DNA of 64,000 nt from Squalus acanthias. Its lineage: Eukaryota. Positions within the stretch are counted from its first letter, which is position 1; each line of letters begins with the position of its first letter. The DNA is taken from assembly GCA_030390025.1 (NCBI GenBank), contig CM059448.1:6386001-6450000 (forward strand). The letters are read 5' to 3'. The translations under genes and the position numbers were made by a program. Under the pieces are notes generated by a model that was not told the origin of the DNA, did not search any database, and saw only the letters and a program-made list of their open reading frames with translations. Positions 62,853 to 64,000 of the stretch are shown piece by piece.

Positions 62853-64000
62853 TCAGTGTTGCTGTCTTGTGGGCGATTGTATGTAGTGCATATTTCTAAA
62901 TATTCATTTGCAAGTGAAATACTAATTTGAAGGCTGCAAAAGATAGGATTTCAAAATACTCCCATTTCCCTGCATTGATGTCCTTTATTTACAATACAAA
63001 AAATATAAATTCAATTGAGGAGGAAAGCTGCTTCAGTGCTCTGTTAATAGTAACTGTTAGGTCATATTTTTCACAAATGTGTACATAATGTACATTTTTG
63101 CTGATGAGAAATTACAAATGGAGATTGAGCTGATTGTACTGGATTTTTTTTTCTGCGTGTATGTTAAGATAATGCAGTTTTTCTTCCTTTAAGACTCCAT
63201 TGGATCTGCACCCCTGTGGCGCAATGGGTTGGTGTATCAACGCAGTACGCCATGGAGTAATGGGATACGCGTTCACACCGGTGAGTTCCCAATTTATGGC
63301 CAAGTTGTTGGGAAGGTGCCCAACAAAAGGTGCTTCCCTACAAAAAGGGAGGAGGGAAATCAGTGGGTGAGTGAACTGCACTACCACCTACACATCTCCT
63401 AGCAGCTGCTTACAGAGCAGCGTAGAGATCTGGGAGAATGACGCTTACCCACCCTTTTGGCCAGAGAGTGATGAAAGGTGAGGGGGAACATGAAGTAGGT
63501 GAAAAGAAATAACCCAAAAAGTTGGTTTATGTTGCTGTCTAACTTCCAGCAACTCGCATTTTATTTTTTGAGCACTCGCCATCGGCTTCTGCCAACTACG
63601 TTAACTGCAGTAGATTACGAACAAAGCACTTGCTTTTTTACGGGATCATTGGACACCTGTTTATTGCAAAGTTGAATCCAAGTCTATTATTAAGGAATGT
63701 CTATGTGTTCGCCCCGGTCAACTGTGGCTTTTTTCAATTTTTTGTTCTAAATTTTATTCGACTTTGTGCTGCTTAAATAAAGGATGTACAATAGGGAGTG
63801 GTTGGTGGTTTATGTAGAATAAACACTGGGTGGTGACCTTGCAACTCACAAGCATGACCAGTAAAAATGATTTACTGTTATTGTGATATGAGTGATTTGT
63901 TTTGAATAAAACTACCCAGTGTATTTTCTATTTGCGAATCAAATGTACTTTTTTTAAAAATACATTTTTTTAGGTTTTAGTTCTTTTCTGTTTGATCTTT

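Noticed and set aside
59214-64000. Next ULK2 exon (expected ..PIPVPTQ..)
   Set aside because: No matching peptide found by eye. The T-rich end of the window may be its acceptor tract, but no exon can be called.

Overview
Eukaryotic vertebrate genomic DNA, almost certainly from a cartilaginous fish (shark-type V-SINE/HE1, DeuSINE, CR1, L2 and Penelope repeats). The window holds the promoter and 5' part of an intron-rich ULK2 gene (Atg1-family autophagy kinase) on the + strand. A CpG island with a TATA box and a FOXO site (about 2610-3550) is followed by 14 coding exons (3435-57437) that splice in frame through GT-AG introns. They give the complete kinase domain and the start of the Ser/Pro-rich linker, including the LIR motif. 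A candidate extra 93-nt symmetric exon lies at 59121-59213, and the gene continues beyond the right edge. The introns are filled with layered, often nested transposable elements. The most interesting signals are: (1) two Penelope-like families carrying minimal hammerhead ribozyme motifs, some in short or hairpin insertions with 12-13 bp target-site duplications; (2) the extra ULK2 exon; (3) a uORF-rich leader containing a possible 93-nt intron; (4) a young SINE with two successive LINE-derived tails; (5) LF-SINE-like copies; (6) a 1.7-kb GT/CpG minisatellite just inside intron 1. Family names and mammalian comparisons come from recalled sequences, not database searches, and repeat boundaries are approximate.
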